A DNA stretch of 64,000 nt from Narcine bancroftii (taxonomy: Eukaryota): contig NC_091469.1 of assembly GCF_036971445.1 (NCBI RefSeq), positions 10,354,001 to 10,418,000 of the forward strand, given 5' to 3'. How positions within the stretch are numbered: the stretch's first letter is position 1; each line of letters begins with the position of its first letter. The notes below the pieces were generated by a model that was given only the letters and a program-made list of their open reading frames with translations, did not search any database and was not told where the DNA came from. Of this stretch, positions 63,737 to 64,000 are shown piece by piece. Both the position numbers and the translations under genes were made by a program.

Positions 63737-64000
63737 CTGCAGGCTTTCTCATTATGTTTCAATGTTGAGACTCAGAAGGTGTTGAGCACCAATTAGGGTC
63801 ATCAATTTAGTGGGACTAACTACAGAGCTCAAGAAACCCAGCTTTCAGTCGCATGCCTCACAAAGGGGAGTGATGTCAGCGCGCCTCACAAAGGGGAGTG
63901 AATTTAGTACACTGCAGAGTCAGACTCTCTGGCAAGCTGCCAACCCCCACAGATTTGCAAATGCAGGGTTTTCCTCGGAAAAGAAGGGGAGTCCGCATCA

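Larger units (their letters stand above)
58441..64000 (-). mobile_element. CsRn1-clade Gypsy LTR retrotransposon, defective; 5' LTR runs off the window
   Basis: LTRs at 58441-60074 (with insertions) and 63806 to the end. PPT (minus ggggggcgggagggggtga) abuts 60074. PBS TGATGACCC (from TGGTGACCC, tRNA-Trp type) near 63796-63804. CHCC-type gag knuckle. Confidence 0.92.

Overview
This is repeat-dense eukaryotic non-coding DNA, intergenic or a very large intron. The repeat repertoire points to a cartilaginous fish, probably a ray (inference). It includes CR1, Rex1/Babar, fish-type L1, RTE and Penelope-like elements, tRNA-derived V-SINE/HE1-like SINEs and a SacSINE1/DeuSINE-like relic. I recognise no host protein-coding gene, RNA gene or CRISPR array; every ORF with a recognisable product belongs to a retroelement. 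Best-resolved elements: a full-length dead L1 (29605-35429, 15-bp TSD); a Gypsy provirus with both LTRs and a 5-bp TSD (20981-24898); a CsRn1-clade Gypsy (58441 to window end) with two solo LTRs nested in its 3' LTR; two composite hAT-type MITEs; and two very homogeneous CpG-rich tandem arrays (13259-13973, 16975-17783). I did not find a demonstrable new biological system. The most unusual signals are a tRNA-less, self-complementary primer region in the first Gypsy, the motif-rich 19-bp array expanded inside an older 19-bp minisatellite, and chimeric MITE architectures. Boundaries of degraded repeats are approximate; all alignments were made by eye.
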